DNA from: Alphaproteobacteria bacterium | Lineage (GTDB): Bacteria; Pseudomonadota; Alphaproteobacteria; Caulobacterales; Maricaulaceae | NCBI GenBank assembly: GCA_030428405.1 | Contig: JAUIEH010000001.1 | Span: forward strand, 5,082 to 69,081 | Length of the DNA: 64,000 nt | Direction: 5' to 3' | Shown here: one piece after another, positions 34,170-46,015 of the stretch | Layout: every line of letters begins with the position of its first letter | How positions within the stretch are numbered: the first letter of the stretch is position 1 | Made by a program: the position numbers and the translations under genes | Notes under the pieces: model-generated | What the model was told of the DNA's origin: nothing | The model's input: the letters and a program-made list of their open reading frames with translations, nothing else | Database searches by the model: none

Positions 34170-37100
34170 TCAGGCTCCTAGTGATTGGGCGAGGTGGGTA
34201 TCGTCCGCCGGCGGCGAGGTCGCGCCGGCCAGGCGCTGTCTCCGGGCTTCCCAGACGAAGTATAGAACGGGCAGGACGACGAGCGTGAGCACCGTCGTTG
34301 TGATCATGCCGCCGACCATCGGCAGCGCGATGCGGCGCATGACGTCGGCGCCCAAGCCGTCGGTGAAGAAGATGGGCGCAAGACCCGCGAAGATGGCGAG
34401 CACCGTCATCAGCTTCGGCCGCAGGCGCATGACCGCGCCGCTCATAACGGCCTTGGTCAATGCGCCACGGTCGGCGGGCGAGGTCTCCCGCACCTGCTGG
34501 TCGAGATAGATCAACATGACGACGGCGGTCTCCACCGCAATGCCGCCCAGAGCGATGAAGCCGACTGCGACCGCGACCGACATGTCGTAGCCGGCCAGCC
34601 AGACCGACCAGAGGCCTCCGATCAGCGCGAAAGGCAGCGACGCCATGATGAGCAGCGTCCGATCCAAGCGGCCGAAATGAAGCATGAGGAGGACGAAGAT
34701 GATGGCGATGGCGGCCGGGATCGCGAAGGACAAGCGCTCGCGGGCCTCGATCATCTGTTCGAATTGCCCCGACCAATCGATGGCATAATCGGCCGGCAGC
34801 TCGACCTCTTCGTCCACACGCGCGTCCGCGTCGGCGACATAGCCGGCGATGTCGCGACCGACGACATCGACGAACACCCAGCCGGTCAATCGCGCATTCT
34901 CCGAGCGAATGACGGGCGGGCCGTCGGCAAACTCGATCGAGGCCAACTCGCCCAAGGGCACATGTGCGCCTGCCGGCGTCGGCACGAGGATGTCGTCGAG
35001 CGCGCCGGCCGTCTCGCGGAACGGGCGATCATAGCGGATCATAATGTCGTAGCGCTCGCGCCCTTGCACGCTCTCCGCGACGGGCAAGCCGCCAAGCGCA
35101 GTCTCGACGACCATTTGCACGGTGCCCAGATCCACGCCGTGACGCGCGAGTGCGTTTCGGTCGGGATTAATTTCCAGATAACGCCCGCCGGTCGTGCGAT
35201 CAGCAAAGGCTGACCGCGTGCCGGGAACGCTGCGCACCGCCGCCTCGACTTCCGCTGCGATGCGCTCGATCGTCTCCAGGTTCGGGCCGGTGATTTTGAT
35301 GCCCACGGGCGTGCGGATGCCTGTCGAGATCATGTCCATGCGAATGCGGATCGGGTAGCCCCAGGAATTCACGAGGCCGGGCATGCGCACGCGGGCGTCA
35401 AGTTCTTCGATCAGCGTCTCCGGCGTCACGCCCACGCGCCACTCATCGCGCGGCCGCAAACGAATCCAGGTCTCGATCATGGAAAGCGGCGCGGGATCGG
35501 TCGCGGTGTCGGCGCGGCCGACCTTGCCAAAGGCGAGTTCGACCTCCGGCACGGTCATTATCAAACGGTTGGTCTGAGCGAGGATGTCGCGCGCCCGGCT
35601 CACCGATACGCCGGGAAGGGTCGTCGGCATGTAGAGAAGCTCGCCTTCGTAGAGCGGCGGCATGAACTCGCCGCCCAGACGCGTCAGCGGGATCGCGGCG
35701 CTGGCGAGCAGACCGAGCGTGAAAGCCAGCGTTAGCCAGCGAAACCTCAGTGCTGCGCGCAGGATGGGCCGGTAAACCGCGATCAAGACGGCCATGATCG
35801 GATTGGCCGTTTCGGGCCGCTGGCGTCCTCTCACGAGGAGCATGATCAGCACGGGAACGAGCGTCACCGAAAGCCCGGCGGCGAACGCCATTGCGTAAGT
35901 CTTGGTGTAAGCGAGAGGCGAGAAAAGGCGGTAGCTCTCGCCCGTCAACGCGAAGACCGGCAGGAACGAAGCGGTGATGATCAGTAGCGAGAAGAACAGC
36001 CCCGGACCGACCTCCTGGGCCGCGCGCAGCCGGGCGGCGTTGCCGTCTTGGGGCGAGGCGTCGTCCGGCAGCTCCGCCAAGCGGCGATTGGCGTTCTCGA
36101 CCATCACGATGGAGGCGTCGACCATCGCCCCGATCGCAATGGCGATACCGCCCAGGGACATGATGTTCGCGGTCACGCCCTGCGCCTGCATGACGATGAA
36201 TGCCGCCAGAACACCGAGCGGCAGCGTGATGATCGCGACAAAGGCGGAGCGCACGTGGAGGAGGAATATGAAGACGACGAGCGCGACGGCTATGCCTTCC
36301 TCGAACAGCTTGTGGCGCAAATAATCGACAGCTCCTTCGATCAGCGGCGCACGGTCATAGACGGTGATTATTTCGACGCCGTCCGGCAGTCCGTCTTCGA
36401 GGTCCTGCAAGCGTTCGCGCACGGCCTCGATAACGGTCAGCGCGTTTTCGCCGGACCGCATCACGACGATGCCCGCGACGACCTCGCCTTCGCCGTTGAG
36501 CTCGGTGACGCCGCGACGCAGCCCTGGCCCTTCGACGACGCGGCCGAGATCACCGAGGCGAATGGGGGTGCCCTCGACCGCTGCGACAACGACTTGTTCT
36601 AAATCGTCGCGATCGCTGACATAGCCGTAGGAGCGCACGAAGAACTCGGTTTCGGCCTGTTCGATGATGCGGCCGCTCGTTTCGCGCGAGGCCGCGCGCA
36701 CGGCTTCGATGACGCGGCTGATCGGGATGTCGAAAGCGCGCAAGCGGTTGGGATCGAGCAGAACCTGATATTCGCGAACGTATCCGCCGACGGAGGCCAC
36801 CTCGGCGACGCCGGGCACGGCCGCCAGCTCGAAGCGCAGAAACCAATCCTGCACGGCTCGGAGATCGGCCAGGTCACGCTCGCCGGTCCGATCAATAAGC
36901 GCGTACTGAAAAACCCAGCCAACACCCGTGGCGTCGGGGCCGAGCTGCGGGCGTGCGGAGGACGGCAAATCGCCCTGGATGCGCGAAAGCGCCTCGACGA
37001 CCCGCGATCGCGCCCAATATTGATCCACGCCGTCCTCAAATACTACGTACACGAACGACGTGCCGAACATGGAAAAACCGCGCACGTCTTGGGTTCGCGG

Positions 37101-37403
37101 CAGACCTAGCAAAGTCGAGGCGAGGGGATAGGTGACGAGGTCTTCAACGACCTGTGGACTTTGGCCGGGGAAATCCGTGCGGATGATGACCTGCGTGTCG
37201 GACATGTCGGGAATGGCGTCGAGCGGTATGCGCTCGACCGCGCGCACGCCCGCCACCAGAAGCAGCGCCGCGCCGAAAAGGACGAGAAGCCGATTGCCGA
37301 CCGACCACGCGATCAGCTTGGCGACCCAGCTTTCGGTCGGATCTCTAAGTTCGGTATCAGTGGTCATGAGTAAGCGCAGCCCGCGCCGCGTCTTCATCGT
37401 CAT
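34170..37403 (-). CDS. cusA: CusA-type (monovalent Cu/Ag, HME4) RND efflux pump
   Basis: About 1070 aa with 12 TM helices. The signature GGIAIAIGAMVDASIVMVEN matches the Cu/Ag-type AIGxxVDxxIVxxEN motif. The start is ambiguous: 37403 overlaps cusB by 47 nt, and ATG 37367 (MTTDTELRD) is an alternative. Confidence 0.9.
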   Translation of the reverse strand: MTMKTRRGLRLLMTTDTELRDPTESWVAKLIAWSVGNRLLVLFGAALLLVAGVRAVERIPLDAIPDMSDTQVIIRTDFPGQSPQVVEDLVTYPLASTLLGLPRTQDVRGFSMFGTSFVYVVFEDGVDQYWARSRVVEALSRIQGDLPSSARPQLGPDATGVGWVFQYALIDRTGERDLADLRAVQDWFLRFELAAVPGVAEVASVGGYVREYQVLLDPNRLRAFDIPISRVIEAVRAASRETSGRIIEQAETEFFVRSYGYVSDRDDLEQVVVAAVEGTPIRLGDLGRVVEGPGLRRGVTELNGEGEVVAGIVVMRSGENALTVIEAVRERLQDLEDGLPDGVEIITVYDRAPLIEGAVDYLRHKLFEEGIAVALVVFIFLLHVRSAFVAIITLPLGVLAAFIVMQAQGVTANIMSLGGIAIAIGAMVDASIVMVENANRRLAELPDDASPQDGNAARLRAAQEVGPGLFFSLLIITASFLPVFALTGESYRLFSPLAYTKTYAMAFAAGLSVTLVPVLIMLLVRGRQRPETANPIMAVLIAVYRPILRAALRFRWLTLAFTLGLLASAAIPLTRLGGEFMPPLYEGELLYMPTTLPGVSVSRARDILAQTNRLIMTVPEVELAFGKVGRADTATDPAPLSMIETWIRLRPRDEWRVGVTPETLIEELDARVRMPGLVNSWGYPIRIRMDMISTGIRTPVGIKITGPNLETIERIAAEVEAAVRSVPGTRSAFADRTTGGRYLEINPDRNALARHGVDLGTVQMVVETALGGLPVAESVQGRERYDIMIRYDRPFRETAGALDDILVPTPAGAHVPLGELASIEFADGPPVIRSENARLTGWVFVDVVGRDIAGYVADADARVDEEVELPADYAIDWSGQFEQMIEARERLSFAIPAAIAIIFVLLMLHFGRLDRTLLIMASLPFALIGGLWSVWLAGYDMSVAVAVGFIALGGIAVETAVVMLIYLDQQVRETSPADRGALTKAVMSGAVMRLRPKLMTVLAIFAGLAPIFFTDGLGADVMRRIALPMVGGMITTTVLTLVVLPVLYFVWEARRQRLAGATSPPADDTHLAQSLGA

Positions 37404-39087
37404 CGTTTGAGGCGGCGTCTTCGGTCGCTGCGGCGTCGCTTATTTGAGGCCACTCGATTGGTGCAGCTTCGCCGGCGTTGAAGGGATTGGCCGCGCGTTC
37501 GCCCTCTTGGAGCCAGCGGCGACCGCTGGCCGTGTCCTCGAAAAGGACCACGCCAAGTTCCGCGTAGCGTTGCGGACGGCCTTCGAGCAGCCATGGCTCC
37601 AGAGCGGCGATGAGACTGGCGAGCGCATCGTGAAGCTCGGTTTCCGTGCGCGCTGCGCCTGCAGCCGCAAGTGGCGGTCTAGTCGCCTCCATGACGCGGG
37701 CCAGGCGCGTGTCGGGATAACGGCCCTCGAGGTAAAGCGCGGAATCGACGGCGACCTGCAGAAGATCGGATTGGACGTCGAATCCATCGACGAGCGCTTC
37801 ATGGACATAGAGGGCGGCGTCGATGACATGATCGATCGTCGACAGCTCAACATCCGACAGCGATATGAGCGAAAGGGGGAGGTTCTGACGTTCAAGCCGG
37901 CGGAACGTCTCTCTGAGCGAACTCTCGGAGTCCAAGAGGAACTGGCCGGAAACGACAATCATTTCTCCGGCTTCCAATCCCGACAAGATCTCGGTGCGGC
38001 CGCCGCTTTCCAACCCGGTCTCGACGACACGCGGCTGAAAGCGTCCGCCGCCGAGCGAGACCACGACGCGGGCGCCGGAACCGTCTCGCAAAACGGCGTC
38101 GCTCGACACGGACAGACGACGCTCGCGACCGGCCTGAAAGACGATGTCGGCATAGGCGCCGGGCCGGATTTCGCCGGCGGTATTGTCGATGACGAGGCGC
38201 ACGTCCGCTGTCCGCGTGCGGGCGTCCAGCGTGGGGTAGATGTAGTCTAGTGTCGTTTCGACGTCAGGCATGTCCGCGCTCGGAAAGCCGACCCTCGCAG
38301 GCGCGCCGGGCTCGAGAAACTGCAAATCCTGCTCGGGCACGGAGGCGATCAGCCAGAGCTCTGAATAATCCTGAAGCGTGAGTATGCCGGCGCCGGACGC
38401 GACATAGCTCCCCTCCACGACGTCGATTTCGGCGACCAGCCCCGAGGCCTGTGCGAATATGGGCACGAGCTCCATCGCTTCGCCGCTGTCTCGCAGGCGT
38501 TCGATCGTGGCCGTCTGCATGCCCAGCGCTTCGAGCCGGCGCGCCGCGGCGCGCGCGCGGCTGGCGCTTGATCCGCGCGCGGCGAGGTAGTCTTGTTGGG
38601 CTGCGACGAGTTCAGGGCTGTAGAGCTCGAACAAAAGGTCCCCGGCTTCGACCGGATCGCCGACGGCGCGCACGGCGAGGCGTTCGATCCAGCCCTCGAC
38701 GCGGCTCGTGATCGCCGCCTGGGTTCGAGGGTTGGCGGAAACGGCCGCGAAGCTGCGCACCTCGCCGCCGAACAGTGCGATCTCGACTGGCTCGATCTGA
38801 ACGCCGATCGTCTGAATGATCTCGGACGCCACGGTGACGACGGCCCGCGGCGGAGATGCGCCATCATCGGAAGGAGCGAGCGCGTCGGCTTCCTCGACCG
38901 GGACGAGGTCCATGCCGCAGATCGGACAGGTCCCGTCCTGATCCGCAATGTAGTGGGGATGCATCGGGCAGGTGTAGAGCTGCCCGGTCGCCTCGGCCTC
39001 CTGTGCAACAGCCGGCGCCGGCGCCAGCACGGTTGGCGCAGCGAGGAAGGCGACGCAAACAAAGGCGGCGAGGATTGAACGTCTCAT
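37357..39087 (-). CDS. cusB: RND periplasmic adaptor (CusB-like) with an N-terminal CxxC metal-binding domain and a long C-terminal extension
   Basis: Signal peptide, then YTCPMHPHYIADQDGTCPICGMDL, then the membrane-fusion core, then an extra C-terminal region of about 170 aa with an acidic tail. ATGA overlap with the outer-membrane factor gene. Confidence 0.88.
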   Translation of the reverse strand: MRRSILAAFVCVAFLAAPTVLAPAPAVAQEAEATGQLYTCPMHPHYIADQDGTCPICGMDLVPVEEADALAPSDDGASPPRAVVTVASEIIQTIGVQIEPVEIALFGGEVRSFAAVSANPRTQAAITSRVEGWIERLAVRAVGDPVEAGDLLFELYSPELVAAQQDYLAARGSSASRARAAARRLEALGMQTATIERLRDSGEAMELVPIFAQASGLVAEIDVVEGSYVASGAGILTLQDYSELWLIASVPEQDLQFLEPGAPARVGFPSADMPDVETTLDYIYPTLDARTRTADVRLVIDNTAGEIRPGAYADIVFQAGRERRLSVSSDAVLRDGSGARVVVSLGGGRFQPRVVETGLESGGRTEILSGLEAGEMIVVSGQFLLDSESSLRETFRRLERQNLPLSLISLSDVELSTIDHVIDAALYVHEALVDGFDVQSDLLQVAVDSALYLEGRYPDTRLARVMEATRPPLAAAGAARTETELHDALASLIAALEPWLLEGRPQRYAELGVVLFEDTASGRRWLQEGERAANPFNAGEAAPIEWPQISDAAATEDAASNDDDEDAARAALTHDH

Positions 39088-40298
39088 TCGGTTCCCGCGA
39101 TGAGGCTGCTCATGCGCGCTGCGGCGCGATCGGCGGCGAGGCGCTGCAAGTGGCGACTGATGCGCACGTCGATCTGATTGATGCGCGCATCCAAGACCGG
39201 CGAAATTGGCCCGGCGGCGCTTTCATATTGGCGCTGCGCGGCGGCGGCGACGCCGTCGAGCGCACGATCGCGGCGCTCCAGCGAGGAGGCGGCGCGAACA
39301 GCGGCGGCGTGCTCGGCGGCCGCGGCGCGAAAGGCGTCGCCCGCGGTTCGAGAGGCGTCAGCGATGCGCAACCGGGCCGCGCTGGCGCCGTCGCGCGCAG
39401 CCTCCAGGCGGGGCGTCTGGTTCCAGCGCGACCAAAGCGGAATCGAAAGGCCCAGCTGGACGGACACCCAATCATCGCCGGCGAAGTTGGCGCCGTCTTC
39501 TCGCTGGAGATAGCTCACGCTGACCCCGTAGGAGATATCGTAGTCGCGCTCGCGCACGGCCACGCCCGCATCCGCCGCGCGCGCAAGCGCCTGAGCGACG
39601 CGAACAGAGTGGAAGCCCGCCTGAGCAGGCTCGGACGGCGGCTCGATCGCCTCGATCATAGGCGCGGTCCCTTCGAGCGGACCGACCAGACGATGGATGC
39701 GGCTCATCGCTTGTGCGCGCATGCTTTCGGCCTCGGCGAGGCGCTCATCGGCCTCTGCGCGATCGGCGTCGACATCTGATAGATCAGCGAAGACGGGGCG
39801 GCCTGCATCAACCTCGCCTTCGAGCGTTGCCTCGAGCTCGTCGAGGATTTCCAACTGGGCCGCGATGAGCGCAATGATCTCGTCAGCGGTACGTAATTCG
39901 GCCAATGAGACGAGCAATTCGCTCGCGAGGAGGTCGTAGTGAGCCGTACGTCGCGCGTGGGCGATTTCGGCGCCGGCGCGCTCGCGATCGGAGCGTGCGC
40001 CGCGCAGGCCGCGGCTGGGGATTTCCTGGCTGAACGTCACGGATCGATTGCTCGGCAGGAACTCGTCGAACTGCAAGGGATCGGTCACGGGCACGTTGTT
40101 GACGCCGACGCTGACGCGAGGATTGGGCAGTCCCATCTGACCCGCTGCATTATTGTGTGCGGCGGATGCATCCGATTCATAGGCCGATAGGGCGGGATGC
40201 TCGCGCAGATCGTCGAGCAGCGCCTCAACGGCACCCGTTTCGGGGGAGACGAAACTCAGGTTTGCAGCGAGCAAGATTGCGGCGAATGACATGATCAT
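39084..40298 (-). CDS. cusC: TolC-family outer-membrane efflux protein (CusC-like)
   Basis: Repeated coiled-coil / beta-barrel halves typical of outer-membrane factors. I prefer ATG 40298 (MIMSFAAILLAAN, a signal peptide) because the promoter-like motif at 40326-40352 lies inside the longer track ORF. Confidence 0.8.
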   Translation of the reverse strand: MIMSFAAILLAANLSFVSPETGAVEALLDDLREHPALSAYESDASAAHNNAAGQMGLPNPRVSVGVNNVPVTDPLQFDEFLPSNRSVTFSQEIPSRGLRGARSDRERAGAEIAHARRTAHYDLLASELLVSLAELRTADEIIALIAAQLEILDELEATLEGEVDAGRPVFADLSDVDADRAEADERLAEAESMRAQAMSRIHRLVGPLEGTAPMIEAIEPPSEPAQAGFHSVRVAQALARAADAGVAVRERDYDISYGVSVSYLQREDGANFAGDDWVSVQLGLSIPLWSRWNQTPRLEAARDGASAARLRIADASRTAGDAFRAAAAEHAAAVRAASSLERRDRALDGVAAAAQRQYESAAGPISPVLDARINQIDVRISRHLQRLAADRAAARMSSLIAGTE

Positions 40299-40325
40299 GA
40301 AGCCAGTCAGCTGGGCATAGTCGAG

Positions 40326-40352
40326 ACTACGCGGTTCGATGACCGATCCCTC
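40326..40352 (-). promoter_or_regulatory. Island promoter motif, site 1 (cusCBAF-like operon)
   Basis: Minus strand reads GAGGGA-N14-GCGTAGT. It ends 27 nt upstream of ATG 40298. Confidence 0.55.
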
Positions 40353-40514
40353 GCTCTCGCCGCGGTAACATTTCGTTAATGACTGGCCGTTCAGGCGACC
40401 ACACACGTTTGCGCCAAATCGCGTGATGCGCGGCGTGTCTCACGCACTCTCGAATGGCGGCGTCGCGCTCGAACTCCTTTAGCTCGAAGTTTTGCAGTCA
40501 AGCGCACCGACGGG

Positions 40515-40541
40515 GAGGGGTCGCGCGCGTCCACGCGTATC
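40515..40541 (+). promoter_or_regulatory. Island promoter motif, site 2 (acyltransferase gene)
   Basis: GAGGGG-N14-GCGTATC. It ends 27 nt upstream of ATG 40569. Confidence 0.55.
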
Positions 40542-40568
40542 CGCATAGGGCGAATCATCGGCGGGCGC

Positions 40569-41678
40569 ATGCGGAAATTCACCACGATCGGCGCGGCGTA
40601 TGTCGGCCGCGAAAATAGGCTGACTCCCATTCGTTGGGTTTTGGCGAGCGCGGTGATGGTCGAGCACGCTGTCGTCGTCACGATTGGACCGATCTTGCCT
40701 TCGCCCGTTGCCGTGAATGGCTGGTCGATCGGCTATGCAGCGGTCAATGCGTTCTTCGTGCTCAGCGGCTTCTTGATCGCCGACAGCCTCGAGCGGCGCG
40801 CTGATCCGTTCGTATACGCCGCGGCGCGGGCGCTGCGCATCCTTCCGGCTTTGGTTTTTCTATCCCTCGGAGCGGTCCTCGTGGTCGGCCCCGTGGCCAG
40901 CGATTTGACGCTGAGCGCCTATTGGAGCAGCGCCCAGACTTGGCTCTATCCAGTCAACGTCCTGGCCTTCATGGACACCTCGCAGGGACCTGCGGGCATC
41001 TTCACTGACAATCCGTGGCCCGGCGAGTTTTCGGCGACGCTCTGGACGCTGCGATACGAAGTGCTCGCTTATGTCGCGGCGGGCGTATTGTTCTTTTTCC
41101 GCCTGTTCTGGGGCTGGCGTTCTCACCTCTTTCTATTCGTCGCAGCTACGCTCGCCTACTTGGCTTTGCGTTACGGATGGACCGACGCGCCGCCCATGCT
41201 GATGAGCGGCGCGCGTTTGGCGAGCGCGTTCAGTCTGGGCATGTTCGTACACGCCTCTCGTCACCGGCTGCCGCTGGCGCCGATCATCGCCGTCTTGGCG
41301 ACGCCTGCATGGCTGCTTCTCGGCAGCCAGCCGGTCGCGGAGGTCGCAATGAACCTCGCGATCGCCTCAACGCTGTTCTGGATCGGCTTCGCGAGATTGG
41401 GCGGCGCCCCGACCGGAGCGAGGATTCCCGATTGGTCGTACGGCATCTATATTTGGCACTACCCAATGATGCAGCTGGTCGTCTTCTTCGATCGCTCCGC
41501 CACACCGCTGGAAGTAGCCGTCTTCACAGTGCCCGCGACTTTAGCGATATCCGGTCTTTCTTGGAGCTATGTCGAAAAGCCGAGCCTTGGGCTCAAGACC
41601 GTCACCGGCGAGCGCTTGCGCTCCACGTGGCTCGCACTATTCAGCAAACGGGCCGAGCGACGCACGCGGCTGCGCTAA
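40569..41678 (+). CDS. Acyltransferase-3 family integral membrane protein (OafA/YrhL-like)
   Basis: RLTPIRWVLASAVMVEHAV...VNAFFVLSGFLIADSL and about 10 TM helices are typical of PF01757-type acyltransferases. Confidence 0.8.
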   Translation: MRKFTTIGAAYVGRENRLTPIRWVLASAVMVEHAVVVTIGPILPSPVAVNGWSIGYAAVNAFFVLSGFLIADSLERRADPFVYAAARALRILPALVFLSLGAVLVVGPVASDLTLSAYWSSAQTWLYPVNVLAFMDTSQGPAGIFTDNPWPGEFSATLWTLRYEVLAYVAAGVLFFFRLFWGWRSHLFLFVAATLAYLALRYGWTDAPPMLMSGARLASAFSLGMFVHASRHRLPLAPIIAVLATPAWLLLGSQPVAEVAMNLAIASTLFWIGFARLGGAPTGARIPDWSYGIYIWHYPMMQLVVFFDRSATPLEVAVFTVPATLAISGLSWSYVEKPSLGLKTVTGERLRSTWLALFSKRAERRTRLR

Positions 41679-42394
41679 CGCGGTAGACTCGCCGCGTTTA
41701 AGAGGTTGCGCCGCGCGCGATAGAGCGAGATCACGCCGAGAGGCGTTGTCTGACGGTGAGTCTCCGCAACGTCGACGAAGCCGGCCTCGCGTAGGAGGGG
41801 TTTAAGACCGACGCGGACATGGTCTTGCGTGTTGGAGAAGCCGTCGAGAAGCTGGACCAGGAAGAAGCCGAGCCGCTGCCAGGGAAAGCGCGCGCGGCCC
41901 CAATCGGCGATGTGGAGTTCGCCGTCCGGCTTCAGCCATTCTTTGACCCGCGCGAGCGTGCGCGCCTTCGCGTCTGGTTCGAGGTGGTGAAAGACGAGGC
42001 TCGACGCCACGCGGTTGAAAGAGCCCGGCTCAAAAGACGCGTCATCGAACAGGGACTGCTCGAATGATATCTCGGCGCCTGTCCGGTGCGCCTTTTCGCG
42101 CGCGATGCGCAATGCGGTCGCATCGGCGTCGAGACCGACGACCTCTACGTTGGGGTTTGCTTTCTTGAGTTGAAGCGCGATGTCGCCGGTGCCGCATCCT
42201 AGATCGAGAACGCGATGACCGGCCTGCGCGCCGATCTGGGCGATCAGCTTCGGCCGCCAGACCGCGTCCAGGGTCGTGACGCGGACGATCACATCATAGG
42301 CGCCGGTCAGCCACTTGAAGCGCAGCGGCGCGATGTAGGACGCGTTAGCGTTTTGTGACATTCCACGAGCCTTTCGCGTAGCCGCCGTCTGCAT
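41675..42394 (-). CDS. Class I SAM-dependent methyltransferase
   Basis: Motif I is RVLDLGCGTGDIALQL; the post-I motif is VVGLDAD. An alternative start lies at 42361 (MSQNANASY). Confidence 0.85.
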   Translation of the reverse strand: MQTAATRKARGMSQNANASYIAPLRFKWLTGAYDVIVRVTTLDAVWRPKLIAQIGAQAGHRVLDLGCGTGDIALQLKKANPNVEVVGLDADATALRIAREKAHRTGAEISFEQSLFDDASFEPGSFNRVASSLVFHHLEPDAKARTLARVKEWLKPDGELHIADWGRARFPWQRLGFFLVQLLDGFSNTQDHVRVGLKPLLREAGFVDVAETHRQTTPLGVISLYRARRNLLNAASLPR

Positions 42395-42400
42395 ATCCGC

Positions 42401-42664
42401 TCAACCGTGGCGCTCCCAGGGAGGCGGAAATCTGTGTTTTATGAAAACGAGCGCCGCGAAGAGCAGCACTTCTTCGACAAGAAAGAAGAGCAGGCCCAAG
42501 CCGAATGCAAAGGCGACAATTCCCTGGACGACGGACGCCCGGAAGAAATCGTAGAGCTGATCGTGGCAAGTCAGACACAACCAAACACGCGCGAAGCGAA
42601 TGGTGGTCGACATGCGGCAGAACGGACACCGCTTCGGTCGGGACGCCGTCGCTTGGTCGGACAT
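42401..42664 (-). CDS. 87-aa protein: N-terminal zinc-ribbon-like CxxC...CxxC followed by two TM helices
   Basis: CPFCRMSTTIRFARVWLCLTC, then hydrophobic helices. It is packed tightly between copA (stop 42701) and the methyltransferase gene. Confidence 0.5.
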   Translation of the reverse strand: MSDQATASRPKRCPFCRMSTTIRFARVWLCLTCHDQLYDFFRASVVQGIVAFAFGLGLLFFLVEEVLLFAALVFIKHRFPPPWERHG

Positions 42665-42700
42665 CGCTTTGCTTTGCTCATTGGCGGGTTCGACGCGGCA

Positions 42701-44908
<2,208 letters not shown>

Positions 44909-44930
44909 GACGCGCTCCCGGCTCACTCGC

Positions 44931-45194
44931 CTAACGACGTGCGAGGCGGTTGAAGACGACCGCGAGAATCGCCGCGAACAGCCATCCAAACGCGATGCTG
45001 CCGACGATGCCCTCGATCCAGCCGAGCGCTGAGGTGACCGGCCGGGCTGTGAACACCTCGACCCATGCATGCGCGACGGGAAAATTCGGAATGAGGAGCT
45101 CGAAGCCGGCGCAGAGAACGAAGGTGACCGCCAGGGCGGCGGACAAGGCCCAGCCAGCGGGCCATAGCGGAATACGAGAAACCGTTTCGGACAT
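44931..45194 (-). CDS. Small membrane protein of 87 aa with 2-3 TM helices, first gene of the copA operon (possibly DUF5676-like)
   Basis: AAGGAGG lies 6 nt upstream of ATG 45194. The protein is hydrophobic. Position is between the CsoR boxes and copA. Confidence 0.6.
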   Translation of the reverse strand: MSETVSRIPLWPAGWALSAALAVTFVLCAGFELLIPNFPVAHAWVEVFTARPVTSALGWIEGIVGSIAFGWLFAAILAVVFNRLARR

Positions 45195-45216
45195 CGTTTC
45201 CTCCTTGTAGGGCAAT

Positions 45217-45257
45217 ATACCCCTGTGGGGTATTACATTTATACCCAATGGGGGTAT
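45217..45257. promoter_or_regulatory. Two CsoR-type operators in the divergent csoR / copA-operon promoter region
   Basis: ATACCCC-TGT-GGGGTAT (45217-45233, perfect 7-bp arms) and ATACCC-AATGG-GGGTAT (45241-45257). Known CsoR operators are GC-rich TACCC...GGGTA pseudo-palindromes. Confidence 0.7.
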
Positions 45258-45267
45258 AGTTCAAGGC

Positions 45268-45546
45268 ATGAAGCCTGAAACCCGAAAAGCCGCCCGTGCG
45301 CGCCTCGCCCGCATCGAGGGCCAAGTCCGCGGTCTGATCCGCATGATCGACGATGATCGCTACTGCATCGACGTGATCACCCAGACCCAGGCCGTGCGTG
45401 CAGCGCTCGCGCGCGTCGAATCGCTGGTCTTGAAGGATCATGTCGCCAACTGCGTGGCGGACGCCGTCGCCTCGAACGACGAGGACGAGCGGCGCACGAA
45501 GATCGACGAGCTGATCACGGTCATGGACCAAGCCGTAAGGCGCTGA
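45268..45546 (+). CDS. csoR: CsoR/RcnR-family metal-sensing repressor
   Basis: RLARIEGQVRGLIRMIDDDRYCIDVITQ...LKDHVANC shows the x-C-H-C ligand pattern of Cu(I)-sensing CsoR. Confidence 0.88.
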   Translation: MKPETRKAARARLARIEGQVRGLIRMIDDDRYCIDVITQTQAVRAALARVESLVLKDHVANCVADAVASNDEDERRTKIDELITVMDQAVRR

Positions 45547-45640
45547 GCGGCGTCGGTGCACGGCTTCAATTCTCGTGTCTTCCAGCCCATGCTTTGAATA
45601 CGCGCGGCGGCGCGGGGGCCCTCGCGCATGGTTTCCATAA

Positions 45641-45668
45641 GAGGGGAGGCGGCGATCTCCTGCGTAGT
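45641..45668 (+). promoter_or_regulatory. Island promoter motif, site 3 (anti-sigma/sensor/ECF operon)
   Basis: GAGGGG-N15-GCGTAGT. It ends 38 nt upstream of ATG 45707. Confidence 0.55.
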
Positions 45669-45706
45669 CTCATGTGAGCGATGGCTGGAGGTCTCGGAAT
45701 AGAACG

Positions 45707-46015
45707 ATGACGAAGAACCTGGACGAATTGGCGCGCGCGCTCAGAGACGCGCCTCCTGATCGCGACTTGAGCGCCATTGAGCCGCTGGTGTGGCGCCGCC
45801 TGGATGATGAAAGATCGTGGGCGTTTTTCGGCTCGGCGATCTCATCCGCAATGTCGGTTCGAGCCTTCCAGTCGGCGCTAAGCGCAATCGTATTGTTTTC
45901 GGGCGTGCTCGCAGGCGCAGCCCTGCAAAGCAGCGCAGTGTCCGAGCCGGACGCTTTCGCGGTCTTCCCCATTGCATCGCCGCTGGCGCCGTCGACCTTG
46001 CTCGAACGATCATGA
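45707..46015 (+). CDS. Small single-TM anti-sigma factor (CnrY-like by position and size)
   Basis: 102 aa with one TM helix (ALSAIVLFSGVLAGAAL). ATGA overlap with the next gene. It is the first gene of a Y-X-H type operon. Confidence 0.55.
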   Translation: MTKNLDELARALRDAPPDRDLSAIEPLVWRRLDDERSWAFFGSAISSAMSVRAFQSALSAIVLFSGVLAGAALQSSAVSEPDAFAVFPIASPLAPSTLLERS

